This document shows positions 1 through 14,107 of a stretch of DNA of 64,000 nt, in pieces. Each line of letters opens with the position of its first letter. Position 1 is the first letter of the stretch. This DNA comes from Rhina ancylostomus (taxonomy: Eukaryota): NCBI GenBank assembly GCA_030265395.1, contig JARFYF010000063.1, positions 60,414,355-60,478,354 on the forward strand, written 5' to 3'. The translations under genes were made by a program, and so were the position numbers. The notes under the pieces were generated by a model that was not told where the DNA came from, searched no databases, and was given only the letters and a program-made list of their open reading frames with translations.

Positions 1-386
1 CTGAGTCTACAACCCTCTACAGCTTCTTTCGATCCTGCACATCCATACCAGACAGTGATGCAACCAGTCAGAATGCTCTCCGTGTATCTGTAGAAATTTG
101 CAAGAGTCTTCAGTGACATACTAAGTCTCATCAAACTCCTAATGAAGTAGAACTGCTGGCATGCCTTCTTAATGATTGCATCAATGTGTTGGGCCCAATA
201 TAGATCCTCTGAGATGTTGACACCCATGAACTTGAAGCTGCTCACCCTTTCCACCACTGACACCTCGATGAAGACTGGTGTGTATTCTCCCAACTTCCCC
301 TTCCTGAATTCCACAAACAATTCCTTGGTCTTGCTGTACACCTCCTCATCGCCATTTGAGATTGTGCCAACAACAGTGGTATCATT
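1..386 (-). mobile_element. Rex1/Babar-type LINE, decayed RT C-terminal fragment
   Basis: Minus strand reads NDTTVVGTISNGDEEVY / SKTKELFVEFRKGKLGEYTPVFIEVSVVERVSSFKFMGVNISEDLYWAQHIDAIIKKACQQFYFIRSL, matching the Rex1/Babar DDTTVVG...KTKE...VERV.SFKFLGV pattern, with an internal deletion. Confidence 0.85.
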
Positions 387-399
387 GGGTCTGCACAGC

Positions 400-2390
400 C
401 CTTCAGGGTAGAGAATTCCAAAGATACACCACTCTCAGGATGCAACAAGCAAAGGCAGCATCTAGTCAATAGTCTATGAAGAAGCAAGGATGAAATGCAG
501 GAATTTAACACACTGACAAAACCTTGAATGCATGCCAGGTATTCAGGGAGATAATGTGAGTTAAGAACAAATATATACTCATTAAAGGAAAAAGGGGAGC
601 TTCCAATTAGAAAGCTGCAAGACTGTTGAGTAACATACACAACAGGATAAAGCATAAAAACAAGCTTATGATTAATATTGAAGGCTCAAAGCATGGAAAG
701 CCTTGTCATGGTGTACAAGGTGCAGAATTGAAAATAAGAAGAAAATTAGGAAGGCAAAGACAATGCATGACAAAAACAAATTGGCAAATAAAATCAAGAA
801 AAGCTCCAAGATATTCTGTGGACACTTAAGGGGAAATACAATTAGAATGGAATGAGGCAGTCCCCTTTCGATTGAAACAACAAACTGAATCTAAGGCAGA
901 GGCATGTGAACATCCTCAATGAAGATTTTGCATCTGTCTTCATAAAGCAGGAGTTGGCATTAGCATTTACACTGAAGAATGTGAAGTATTGTAAATGATA
1001 AACACAACAATATATTCAGGGATCTGGAATGTTTAAAAGTGGATACATTGTCAGACCTGAATAAAATCTGAAAGCAAGGGAGAAAACAGTTCTAAGACTG
1101 CATCATCTTCTGTGCTTTTCACAGTGCTGAAGGACTGAAAATGTACTGACACAGGACCATTGTTTAGAAGTGGAGAAAGGTATAAGACTGAGTCAGTCTG
1201 AGATTGATAGTGATCAAATTGTTAAAGTATAAAGGGCAGCATAAATCAGCAGTTACAAGCATAGGATAGTTAGATCTTGTCTCATGAACAATTGAATTTG
1301 GAGTCAAAAGGAATGCTGCTGATGATAAGTATATGTGGATTTTTGACATTGCAGATTGATCAAGAAAGTAAAAACTCTTGAGATCCAAGATACAATGCCA
1401 ATTTAGATTAAAAATTAGCAGAGTATAAATATAGTCAATGAACATTTCAGGAACTGAGGGTTTATGTGGTGTGCATGACCATAAATATTTATGATTAGGA
1501 CTTCAATGCAGGGACCACAATTAAGAAGTTAACCAATGATATCAAAATTAGCAGTGTACTCGATAGTAAGGAAGTATGCTCCAGAATATAGGAAGACAGC
1601 AATGGATTGGTTAGGTTGCACAAAAGACCCATGGAATTCAACCTATATAAGTGTGAGGTATATGAGAAGGGCAAACAAGGGAAAGCAATACCTGATAAAT
1701 GGAAAGATACAAAGATTTGAACAGATAAATCTTGGAGTGTGCCCACAAATCCATTAAGATAGCAGGACAGATAGATTTGGTGATCAAGAAGGCATACTCA
1801 AACTTTATTTTGGAAAACTTTACTTGTGAAGGCACAAAATACAAGAGCAAAGAGGGAACTCATAGACAGGACTTGGGCTACAGTTAGACTATTATGTGCT
1901 CTTCTGATTACTCACCACCGTATGGAGAAAGTTGATTGCACAAGCCTATGTAGAGAAGATTTAAGAGGATGTTGCCAGACTTGAAGCATTAAAGTTACTA
2001 AATGAGACTATTAAGACTCAGGTAATTTTCTGAGAAATGAAGACAAAGGCAAGATTTAACTGAGGTTTATAAATCTGTGAAATGCTGAGAGGCAAACAGA
2101 AAAGGACATATTTCCTTTAGCAGACAGGTCATTAGATTTAAGTTAATTCGCCAGTGGTTTAGAGGGGAGTTGAGAATAAATTACTTAGCTCAACAAGTGG
2201 TTGAGATCTGGAACCCACTGCCTTTAAGGCAGACACCCTCACCACATTACAAAAAGAGGTCCTGGATGAGCACCACTTGGATGACCACTTTAAACGTCAG
2301 AACCAATAGAGTTTTAGTGAAGCAAGATCAACCTAGTAGGGTTGCACAATGTATCATGTGGCCACCAGATGCGCAGAACATTTCTGTGAT
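400..2390 (+). mobile_element. CR1-type LINE ORF2 remnant, highly decayed
   Basis: 'ttttgcatctgtcttcat' (F.SVF) near 927; 'accaatgatatcaaaattagc' (ADDTKI-like) near 1532; 'atggaattcaacctatataagtgtgaggta' (MEFN..KCEV) near 1631; CR1-like 3' region at about 2190-2390; many stops and frameshifts. Confidence 0.75.
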
Positions 2391-3329
2391 TCTATATTCA
2401 ATACGCCAGTGCCTGTCCATTAAGTCTACAAAAGCACATTACCCCAACCCTAAACTACTTTCAATAAAAATATATGATTTTGAAATTCTTCCATTTCTTC
2501 TCAAATGACAGGTATACCTACAGCTCTGATCACAGATGCTAAATGGACACTTTCATTAATTGAGACAATTTCTACTGTGGGTTTATTTCATACCTAAATC
2601 AATTTTAAAAGTTGTCTACCAACAGTACCACAGTAGTAAATCAATAATAAATACCCATATCATAACTCTGTAGAATTTGAAGTTTGGCAAACAACTGATA
2701 CTTATTTAGCCAACATGTTTTAAATAACGAGGTCAACCCTACACTATATCTTTGATTGGGTATATATGAAATATAAGCACAAATCATTTACATCTTAACC
2801 TTTTGACAGTTCATGCCTCACATTATTCTTTCAAGCTTGCTTTCTTTCAATCTGGTGTAATTTATTTTTGACCATTCCGCTCATTTTGTTTTTCGCCCGC
2901 ATATACACACAAACACCTTTGTCAGAAATTACATCCATGAATGTAAATACATTTTGAGAGAATTATAACCATTAAACCAACCTAATAATGCAAATCAAAA
3001 ATCAAGATGGAAGCTGAGGAAGACTTGAATCACTCAAATGTCTCTAACAATGTCTTTAAGTGCTGAATATAACATGAAAACCCATGCATACAACTGGAAA
3101 TCCTACAAACTTCCATTTCTTTACATCTAATTGATATATTGTGGACTCCAGGGCCATGCATTACCCATCCAACTCATTACTGAGGGTTTTCAATGCCTGA
3201 TCCATTACTGTCAGAAGTTGCTTATGATATATGACAACAATCCACAATTCATTATATAAACAGTTGTTATTTTTCTCTCCACCAATCTCTCATGAAAGAT
3301 CTTTACCAAATTTTTAAATCAATGAAAAA

Positions 3330-3800
3330 TTGGTCATCTAGAAAAGTATCCATATAGTGGCAAGAGACTGCTTAGGAGGAATAGTAACAATTAGAAATGC
3401 AGATATTATTGAAAGTATATTAGCTGGATGACAGACGACAGTTCCATCAATGTGAGTCTTGCCTGGTCTTCAGCTTCCCTGGTGTGGGGAGGACCCAGAA
3501 TAAATGGTATGCTTTGATCATGACACAAAAAAAAACCATCAGGAGAAATAGAGTTAAGATCCTGCAGTTACATTCTCAGGAGTTATTGAAGAATTTGGAA
3601 AGTAGAAGGGAGCAAAAGGGATTATGCTCGGTTCCATGTGTCAGTGAGCTCAGAAATAGAAAGCATATTAATATTTGGCTAAAGATGATGCACAACTGAG
3701 TGCTTTATATTCTTGGGGCATTGGGACCAGTTCAATGTCCGTGCAAAAAGGTACCCTCATGTTGTTGGAAAGGTTTAAACTCAAATGTCAACGAGACAAG
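3330..3800 (+). mobile_element. Probable CR1 ORF1 (esterase-like) remnant
   Basis: 'cttgcctggt' (CLPG-like) near 3458 and 'tggctaaag...tttatattcttggggcattgggaccagttc' (WL...F.FLGHWDQF) at 3677-3733 resemble CR1 ORF1 SGNH-esterase motifs; CR1 ORF2 3' sequence follows downstream. Confidence 0.5.
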
Positions 3801-4599
3801 CCCCCGCATCTAGCAGTAGAAAAGAGGAACAAGGGAATGTTAAATAGCAGCAGAGTTGGAAATAATACCTCATTAGGTGAGAGCATAACAGAGAAGCACG
3901 AGGAGTAATGCAAAACGTTTAAGTGAAGGAGGAGACATTTGACCAAGATGCAATGGAACCAAATATCTGTACAAAAACTAAATAAGAATAACGGATGATG
4001 CTTTAAAGAAGTAATGCTTCAGATGCACACTACATATATTTCTAAAGGGGGAAAAATATAAAGGAACCAAAGCTAGAATTTTAATGATAAAAGAAATAGG
4101 GAAGATGATGAAATAAAACAAGGAGATCATGAGGCATGTCGGGCGAATAACTCAAGTGAGTACCTGGCTGAAAGAGACCATGGAAAGGGAAATACGACAG
4201 GAAGGGAAAATATAAAAGGAGAAACACAGTTAATATAAAAGGGGAACCAAAAGTTTTCCATAAGCATGTGAGTAGTAGTTGGGTACAGTGGCAACCAGCC
4301 CTGAGCTTGTTACAATCAAGAAATCTCTGGGTTGTGGAGAGCTGTGCAGCCAAACAGAGGAGAGCACAGCAGTTTCAATCAGTGCTGAGAGGCCAAAGTA
4401 CTCGCTCTAAACCCAGGCCTCATAGGCAGCCATTGCACATTGCCTCAGTGGTTTACTCCACACTGGCATGTAGCAATGATATCATTTTAACTGTTTCATT
4501 TGCTGAGGGAGTGCCAGTGGAAGACTGAACTACAACCAGGTCTCTATCACAGCAGTAGAAAGCACAAATTTTTATGTAGTGAGCACAGAACCTGTTGAT

Positions 4600-5375
4600 G
4601 TGGTCAACTTCAAAGAGAATACCAACACACTGCTCATTGATAGACAGGAAGAAGGAAATTTAATGGAGAAAAGTGTACAGTGATATATTTTGGCAAAACA
4701 AGAGACAATGTAAACTAAATGGCAGAGATATAAATGGTGTGCAAGAAAAGGGAGATTTGCATGCATATGTCCAGAAATATTTGAAAGTGGCGGGTTTTGT
4801 GGAGAGTAATTTAGAATTAATCATTAAAAAAAGCAATAGTATAAAATACAAAAGCAGGGAGACTCTGAGACACTGGTTTGGCAACAACTCGAGTATTGAT
4901 TCCAATGATAGTCATGAAAATTCAAGAAGTATGAAGAAATGGTGCAGGAAAAATTTCCTACAATGTTTCTAGGGATGAGCAATTTCAGCTACGAAGTTGA
5001 ACTGCAGAAAATGAATTTGCTTTCTTTGGAGTGAAGGTTGGGAGGAGATGCAATAGATGTGCACATTATAATGACTGGTATGAGTTAACACAAAGATATT
5101 CTTATTGGCAGATGGTTGGAAAATGAGGGAACAGATGAGCAAAAGATATGGGTGTGGTGGATATGAGGAAAAACTTGTGCAGAATGTGGTTATAAACTGA
5201 AACCCACTGTCTGTAAGACAGTGGTGGGAAAAAGTCAAACAAGACTTTCAAAAGGGAATTGAATAGCTATTTGAAAATAATTTCCAGAGCTACAGGGAAA
5301 GAATGAAGGAATGAGATCAACCAGATTCAAATCCATTAAAGATTTGATGGGTAAGGTAATCTTTCTCTGCCATTA
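4600..5375 (+). mobile_element. CR1 LINE 3' part
   Basis: 'gtgcaagaaaagggagatttgcatgcatatgtccagaaatatttgaaagtggc' (V.E..DL...V...LKV); 'aaatacaaaagcagggag' (YKSRE); CR1-like 3' end 'ttcaaaagggaattgaatagctatttgaaa'. Confidence 0.75.
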
Positions 5376-6959
5376 AGAGAGTACATATCTGAACATTTTT
5401 CAGAAATAAATATTAATTCTGAGATATGCAGATGTTACCAGCAAGGCTACATGAATTACTCTGCTCTGGTTGTCTTTGATGAGGTCGTGATGGAGATTTA
5501 GCATACAAAGACATTCCTGAACATGCACAACATCAAAATACAGTCTGATTTGGTCATCGTCTTTCTTGGGTTTTGGTAAGAATTGGGTGTTTTAATTCCA
5601 TCAGACAATATAACAGATCTTGTTCACCACTCTTGTTTGCATTTAGTCAGCATTGTCTCCATTAGTATTTAAAATCTACCATGTGGCTTGGTTTCCCAAG
5701 TTTAAATATGCTTTAAAAATAACATGAGATCTATTACAAATTTATTCATCCCGTCTTTTCAATTAAACTCCCATCTTCTAAAATTTGTTTTGGAGGTTTC
5801 CGTTCTAATTCAAAACTAACCTTTACAAGGCAATTTTTTTCCCCCACACTGTTTTAATTAGAGTGTGACAATCTCTTCTGAGCAAGATTCAGGTACCACT
5901 GACAAGACATCAGGATTGAAAACCCAAAAACAAATCTTCAACGTGCACAAGGAATAAAGAACACAAAATAAATATTGCACGACAACATAACTGAATGTTC
6001 CAAGGTCTCTTACCACTATCCAACATTGTTAATTTCTCAAAATGCAGAGTTTAACAAGTTTCACAAAGTGCAGACTTAATCTTTAAATCTTCGTGATAAA
6101 CATTTAAGATCAAAGCAACAAATGACGTACCAGGCATTCCTGGTATAAATCATTCCATTGTTCATAAATTGTAGATTATTTCCCCTGCACAGTTCAAGTC
6201 ACTTGCTGATAGGTTATATAACTTCTCAAACAGCAAAATATTCTGCTTGCCTTTATCAGAGTAAACTGCAGTTCTTGTTGCATTTTTGAAACCAATAAAG
6301 TAAAAAGCTGCTGTACATCTCCATTTGTTTTATCAACAATAGCTTTGATCAATGGAAGGAAGAAGAAGGTACAACATAATGTGGATTGAAGAGTGTTTTG
6401 TGAGGCCAAGAAGGGATCTGAAAAGGAATTTAGCGCTGTGAGTCCATTGTACTAACCATGCTGCCAAAGGTGCAGTCCTAAGTCCAACATCTCAGCACTG
6501 AGCAACCAAAGTGCTTCCCTAGAACACCAAACACCAGCCCCCACAGGCAGGCTTTCACACTAAGCCTTGGTTCAATTCAGGATTGGATTTTCANNNNNNN
6601 NNNNNNNNNNNNNNNNNNNNNNNNNNNNNNNNNNNNNNNNNNNNNNNNNNNNNNNNNNNNNNNNNNNNNNNNNNNNNNNNNNNNNNNNNNNNNNNNNNNN
6701 NNNNNNNNNNNNNNNNNNNNNNNNNNNNNNNNNNNNNNNNTGATCCCTTCTGGTACAGGTTCTCATTAGCATTATTGCTCCCAGGAACATATCCTGAAAA
6801 TTAAAATGAGGTACCAGAGTATTTTACATCAGTCTTCATTAAGGACACTCTACTGCTAGAACCTCAGCATGACAAAATCACGATGACAAAAAACAAGAGT
6901 AAAAAAGGAACAGCAAAGAAAAGCATTTGACAGATACTATATTTTAACACATGTAAACC

Positions 6960-8825
6960 AGGTTAGTTGCAGAAGCTTCAGAGTGGAAGTGAAAAATGAA
7001 ATGAGAGAAGACTGCCAAGAAACATAAAAGGATGCTGTAACCAAGTGAACAGGAAAAGGATTGTAAAAGGAGAGGTGGGGCTGACCAGAAGCCAAAAAGG
7101 ATATTTACTCATCAAGGCTGAGGGCACAGCAGAGTTACTAAATGGGTAGCTTTACATCAGTCTTCACCAGCAAAGGAAGATGTAATTGAGATTCTGAATG
7201 GGCTAAACATTGATAAAGAGGAGGAACTAGAAAGACCAGTGGCACTTCAGATGGATATATCACTTGACATACGGTCTGCATGCTAAATTGCTGAGAGGAG
7301 CACAGCCCTAGTTATAAACTACCAAACATCTACTGATTCAAGGGTATTACCTCAGGTTTGGCATGTTGCATCCTTATTTGAAAAAAGGGATGCAGGGTAA
7401 ATCCAGTTAATTACAGACCCATCAGTTTAACTGCAATGATGGGAAAAGTTCCAGAAACAATAATCAGGGACAGGATTAGTGGTCACTTCAATGAGTGTGG
7501 ATTGATTAGAGAAANNNNNNNNNNNNNNNNNNNNNNNNNNNNNNNNNNNNNNNNNNNNNNNNNNNNNNNNNNNNNNNNNNNNNNNNNNNNNNNNNNNNNN
7601 NNNNNNNNNNNNNNACTTCAATGAGTGTGGATTGATTAGAGAAAGCCAGCAATAATGTGCTAAAGACAAAACAGCTTGAAAGTTTTTGATGAAGTTGAAA
7701 AAGGGTTAATGAGGGAAATGTGGCCACCGTGGTACACAGACACCTCCAGAAGACATTAGAGGAAGTGACACATAATAGTCTTGTCACCAAGACTGAAGGT
7801 CATGCAACACTGGGGCCTGTGGCAGCATGGACAGAAAATTGACTAAGTAACAGGCACAAAGGGCAGTACTGACTCGCGGGAAGTGTCCAGTGGGATTTCC
7901 CCAGTTGTCAGTATTAATGATTTGGACTTGGCTAAAAAAGGCACAATTTACAAATGTGCAGATGATACAAAACTTGGAGGCCCAGTGATCTGTGAGCGAG
8001 AGGGTAATAGATTTCAAGGAGATACAGACAGGCTGGTAAAATGAACGGATAGATGGTAAATGAAACTTAATGCTGAGAAATACAAGTTGATACATATTGG
8101 TACAAACAATGAAAAGAAGAAATATAAATTGGAGAGCACAGTCGAAAACGGGATACAAGGACAAAGAGATCTGCAGGCATATGTGCACAGTTTGCCGACA
8201 GAGGATGTTAAGAAAGAGGTTAATAAAGCATATGGTATCCTGAACTTTATTTTATAAATAGAGGCATAAAATACAAGAGGAAGTCATGATGATCATTCAT
8301 AAAACACAGCCTTGTCCACAGCTGCAATACTGGAATACTGACTCCAGTTCTGGGTGCCACATTGTTGTAAAGATGTCAAGGCTTTGGGAAGCCTACAGAG
8401 TAGATTTACTGAAATCATTCCACTAATGATTTAAAGGACTTTAGATCGAGGTTGAGAGGAGATCAAACAGAGGGACTATAAAATTGTTGAGTGTATAAGT
8501 AAAGAGTGAGAAAATGTTCCCATTGGCAGTGAGATCAAGAACTAAGGGACAAAGAATGAAGGTCACTGGCAAAAGAGCCAACTGTGGGGATTTTTTTTCT
8601 TTTACCCACTGAGTGGTTAGGTCTGGAACGTAGTGCCAGAGATAACAATGTAGGCTGGTTCAATTGTAACATTCAAAACAAAGCAAGTTAAGTATTTCAA
8701 AGGAAAGAATTTGCAGGGCATCAGGATAGGGCTGGGGTGCAGGATGATCTGGATTGCTCATTCATTGAGCCAGTTTGTGCTCGATGGGCTGAATGGTCTC
8801 CTTCCCAGCAAAAATCATTCTGTGA
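6960..8825 (+). mobile_element. CR1 LINE ORF2 (RT) plus 3'UTR, 5'-truncated
   Basis: PLFKKG...NYRPISLT.MMGKV.ETIIRDRI at 7370-7480; 'gcagatgatacaaaacttgga' (ADDTKLG) near 7958; terminal motif 'gatgggctgaatggtctccttc' at about 8784-8805. Confidence 0.9.
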
Positions 8826-11800
8826 AATTTTGAAATAACAGGACCTAGCAGATGCAAACTTCAAGATATCGCTCGAAAAATATTTACCACATGATGAAAA
8901 TTTTAACATGACCACAGGAAAAATGTATTCAATCACTTTGATATTCTCAAACCATAAAATACCATCAAGATCCAATTTATTTCAGACCCTCACTACATTA
9001 TGCCTATTCTGTAGTCTCTGTGCAATAATACTTGAATTGCAAACTGATTTTAAATCATTAAATTTCACTTGAGTAACACACTAATGAACTTTACCAAGTC
9101 TTCTCCAGAGTGATGACTGTAATACATATAGCTGCACCAGCATAAAGAAATGCCATCAATCCAATTCAGTGGGAACCTACAACATTCAAAGCATCAAGTG
9201 TCAAGGTCATGAAATGGGCTAAGTATCTATTTCAAGAGATATGCAACAGCTGATGAGCCATCATGACTGGGAAAAGGAGCGGCCGTGCAGATCAAATTAC
9301 ATGTTTGTGAAACCATCAAGTAATATTTCATGTTATATTTGTTCATATTTCAATTTGCCAAAAATTCCAATCAGCAACAACTCCTTATTGTTATTCACCA
9401 CAGGGCTCTGTAGAAGTGTGATTGGACAAACACTGTAAGCAAGCCAGAGGAGAAGATATCCGGACATGTGACAAAAGATGTGGTTGAATTAGTGAGTACT
9501 AAGAAATGTCTTAAAGTAGATAATAAATGTTTTCATGGCTAATTATAATAACTTTACCTGAGAAGCGATTAGGAGCAGCAGTGGAGTCCAGATTCCCTGA
9601 TATGAGCAGAGATCAATGGGTCTTAATGTTCTCATTTTCAGGAAGCTATAAAACAAAATCTGAACTTTCAAATATGAAGTGGACTCAGATTTCTGCCACC
9701 AGCTTTAACTCTGCTTTAGTGTCATTTCCTTACAAGCTATCACACTTTGCTGCTAATTACAATTTTAAACCTTGAATTAATTAACATTCAGTTTCCCTAT
9801 TCTCAATTTCTGCCCAAGGCCATAAAGCATTGAATTTAAAGGCTTTTGGATGTAATGAGGGATGTGTTATTTTTCTGTGAAAAAACAAGAGTAAGAAAGT
9901 GTGAAATCATCAGCAGAGCATAAGAGAAAGCATGCAGAATGGAAAATTTAGAGCTGAGAAAGAAAGGAATCGAAGAGTTCAAAGCAGCAACACAATTGAT
10001 GATTAAACATAAAAATGACTAATATGGGAGGACCTATGGGAACAAGTTAGGTCGAGCAATTGGAGGAATGGGGGCAAAGGATGGGAAAGCAAGAGCGAGG
10101 CATAAGGTGGGGAGAGCAAGAGCAGGCACAGAGCAGGGGGAGGAGTGGGCACAGAANNNNNNNNNNNNNNNNNNNNNNNNNNNNNNNNNNNNNNNNNNNN
10201 NNNNNNNNNNNNNNNNNNNNNNNNNNNNNNNNNNNNNNNNNNNNNNNNNNNNNNNNNNNNNNNNNNNNNNNNNNNNNNNNNNNNNNNNNNATAATTACAC
10301 AAATGAAGATTGAATCAAGGATGGAAAAAAGCTGTAAAAGTTTCTCAGAAAAATCTGTGAATCTGGCAACCCAATAAGGCATTTTGCCTTAAGGTTTTGA
10401 GGGGAACTTCTCAGGCAATGCTTACTTTTGGAGAAAAAATTCTGCTGATGCCATTATGGAATTATGTCTACGTTTAAGGCATTTTGAAAAGGTTGAGCTT
10501 TAACTCCAATCATCTATTTCCTTATTTTCTATGGTTCAGACTTTTATTATTCAATGTGTTTGCTTTTAAGGTTTCATTCCTGTACATTTCCCACTCACTT
10601 AGTGACATACACTAATCTGAGATATAGATTACCTGTTGCTACATCAGCAAAACTCAGGACTAATTAAGCATGAGGAGCAGTGAACAATCGAGCTTCTCCC
10701 CTATCTTCCCAGCTCTGAGCCAGCCAGCCATAGAATTTCAACAGCTGACACATACCCACCCACAGTGTGAAAAATCCATATTGTAACATGCTGCTGCATA
10801 AATGGATTACACTGCTGAGTTATCATACATTTTATTCAATTGGGAAATCAGTGAAGAGCTGAGAAACTATATAAAAAAGACTGAATCTCCAGGAAGCTTA
10901 AACTCCACTGACATTTTCAGCATTTTCTGGGCAGTTTATCAGATAAAACAGAAATCCTAAATATTTCTGCAATATCCAGTGAAAGTGGTCCATGCCACAA
11001 AAATATGAAATTTATCAAGTTATTTGATAAGCCTTTAAAGAAACAAATAGGAATATTTTTCTACACGAAGATCACGACACAAATGCACATTGCTTTTGCT
11101 GATCACCCAGAAATGTGAGACACTTGAAAGTGATGACTCTCCCTTCTGGATTCCTGCTGACAATTTATATTTCAGTCCATACCATCTACTCCTGTAAGTG
11201 AAAAGTTATTCAATTCTGGGAGTATCAAGAACCAAGTTTAATGAATCCAGCCTTCACACCAGATCTAAATTCTTCAATGATCTTGACCTCACTAACCCAG
11301 ACAACCAAAGGTCTCCTGAGCTCCCAAGGGAACTTGGCTAACCATGGATTAAAATGGGTGCTTGATACATTTGCCTCAAAACCAGAGTGGGAAAGATAAT
11401 TAACTCATCAATTAAGTAATCCATATTCCCTTTTTATATGCATCTTGTCTAACCTTTTTTCTAAATTCTACTCGAGACTGTGGTTACTATTTGGGTATGA
11501 GATATAGAGAAGGTCAAAGGGAAATTCAAAACAAGCGAATGACTGGGAATAATGTCATCTACTTAATTTCAAACTTCAAACTAATTTCAGGACAATCTGT
11601 GACCTGATACCATTCTGAAGGTACTCTGAAGTGAACCAAGTCAATCTGCTCATTGTATAGTGGAACATTAATGCACAGAGTTGAATTCCAATCCAAAATC
11701 TCAATGCTAATATCTAAACCTTACAACTAATTTAGGACAATTCACATCAGGGGCACTGAAGCAATCTGTTGCTCAGTGTTCACTCTCCTTTCAACCAACC

Positions 11801-12774
11801 CCACCTATTAAAATTGTGTAAATCTAGTACCATGTCTGAAGACCAAAACAGATGTCTTAACAAAGAGTGAGCTCTTTTCAGAGCCTTTCAAGTTGTCATC
11901 CATGAACTACTTTAACTGCCGTAGTTACAACTGGTAAAAATTCTACCCATGGAAATAAAAAAACTGGTGGAAGCATGGGCAGAGGAAACCAGCTGAGCAT
12001 GATTCAAAGTTCCCAAACTCATTCAACAATGGATGTTGGCTCAAAGGTTGCAAACCTGAACTCATCCTGGACAGCAACAAAATCACAACATTCAATTGCA
12101 CGGATCCAATCCCACCCTGTCCCATCACAATCAAGATCAACTCAGCTGTAATATCAAAGGCAGTACTATTCTGCTTCCAATTCTAATGCAATATATTGGG
12201 AGAAATTTGCAACATACCTCAAAGCAATTGCAGTTTTCACCCTAACTCAAGTACTGCAAATACATTGTCAATGTGTTGTAAAACACTGTCAGAGGACACA
12301 TAACACAAGGCGGCAGAACAGACTGAATGACTGGATATATCCATATAAATATACACAAAACAACCACCCTTCAGGGGTTATCATCCTGGTGGAAGAGTTT
12401 GCTGTTCAGCTGGTAAAACAAAACAATTCATAACAGGAATGGATCAAAAGCACAGTGGTTATCCACAATAGCATGAAATCTTCGTGCACATTCAAAAGTC
12501 TGAGTAATGACCGAGAGCAAGCAGAGCAATGCCACAATTAACAGCTAACCAGGAAGCATACCAACTGCTGTAATATGGCAAATGATCTAAAAGGAAACGA
12601 TAATAACAAGAATATCAACAGAACAATTTTGGTGATTAATTTACAATGGCCAAAATGGAAAAGTTACCGACAACATGAAGACTCATAAGACCACACACGA
12701 TAAACACAGAAATGCAGACCAGCAACAAACAAATGTTGAACACACAACACACCCCAAAGTATGGAGACAAACAT

Positions 12775-12865
12775 GAAAGTTGTAAAAGCTGCAGATGCAG
12801 GAAATAAAAACAGAAAATGCTTTTGTTTCATATTTCCAGCAGCTTCAATTTCTTTAAATTTTCAC
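12775..12865. mobile_element. Collapsed inverted pair of Penelope-like element tail fragments
   Basis: 'ctgcagatgcaggaaataaaaacagaaaatgc' (tail on minus) directly followed by 'ttttgtttcatatttccagcagcttca' (tail on plus). Confidence 0.5.
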
Positions 12866-13971
12866 CAACTGTTGTTTGGCCCNNNNNNNNNNNNNNNNNN
12901 NNNNNNNNNNNNNNNNNNNNNNNNNNNNNNNNNNNNNNNNNNNNNNNNNNNAACTAGCCAGAAGTCTGATAGAATCCAATGTTCATTTTATTGTGGATCC
13001 CACGAGTTCTGAATATTAAATTGTTTATGGAAGAAAGAAGTGAGGTGTCTGAATAGCAAGCTGTACAAATCCAATTTCAAATCCTGTCAAAAAACAAGCC
13101 CACAATTTTAAGAATAACAAGTAAGAATACCCATATTGTTTGCAAATTAACGGATCAATAATGAACTCATTAGAATGACGAAATTAAAAATGTAGTGTTT
13201 GAGATCAACATTGAGCAGATTACAATGTAGGTATGTTCTTATTTTGTTAGTTCTTATGAGGTATCTCATCCCTGAAAATCTGCAGTTTGGTGTACGTGGA
13301 TACATGCAAACAATAAATTTGGGATTTAGTTAAAAGAATAATTACATTTTACTTATGGCTCAAAAAGTCATCGTCAACACTAATTTCAAGCACAGTGATA
13401 TAACAGTACAAGCACAATATAACAGCACAGTGATGTCAAATTATTTTAATTAAATTCCTCCAAAAATGCATGACTTCTTTGTTGAAAAGTCCAGCTTGAC
13501 TTCAGCTAAGACCCATGCCCAGGTTTATTACCTATTCTCTTTGTTCTTTTAAATCTTGGCAACGTACTGAACAATGGACTTTGGCCCTAACCAATGCTTT
13601 TTTTAAAATATGAGGAAATAAACTAGTTTCTTCTGCTTTATTATGAAGTTAATATGAAAATTCTGAGTTGCCGTCACTGATCTTCCATGAATAATTCAAC
13701 ATGCAAAACTTACATTATTAGATGTACAGTAGCCTTCACTTAAGCTCATCAGGTCAGTCAACAAATTGAGAAACCATTGGCTTTGGCATATGATTGGCAA
13801 AGTTAAGTCAGCAGACACCCATAAATATTTCATCATCTGTATTTCACTTGAAATAAGCTGTCAAGTGAGCTTTCCCTCTACATGGCTACCTACTTTTTCC
13901 TAGTGCTTCAGAAAATCCTACCACTGTGTCACCTTTTCAATGTTACCACTTTGGCAGTAGATTACTCCAAA

Positions 13972-14107
13972 TACTATGTCCTGATGCAGGGTTTCAAACG
14001 GAAATGCTGATAATTTCTTCCCTCCCACAGATACTCCATTGACCTGCTGAGCTCCTCCAGCACATTCCTTGTTGCTCCAGATTCCAGCATCTGCAGTCTC
14101 TTGCGTC
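13972..14107 (+). mobile_element. Penelope-like element terminal repeat with hammerhead-type layout
   Basis: gtc-CTGATGC-agggtttcaaacg-GAAA-tgct-gat (13978-14011), then the tail 'gacctgctgagctcctccagca...agattccagcatctgcagt' shared with other copies in the window. Confidence 0.8.

Noticed and set aside
10060-10156. GA-rich repetitive ORFs before a gap
   Set aside because: Low-complexity purine tract abutting Ns
13389-13434. Short imperfect direct repeats (also near 34705, 51955, 57810)
   Set aside because: Local slippage duplications with no regular repeat-spacer structure; not a CRISPR-like array
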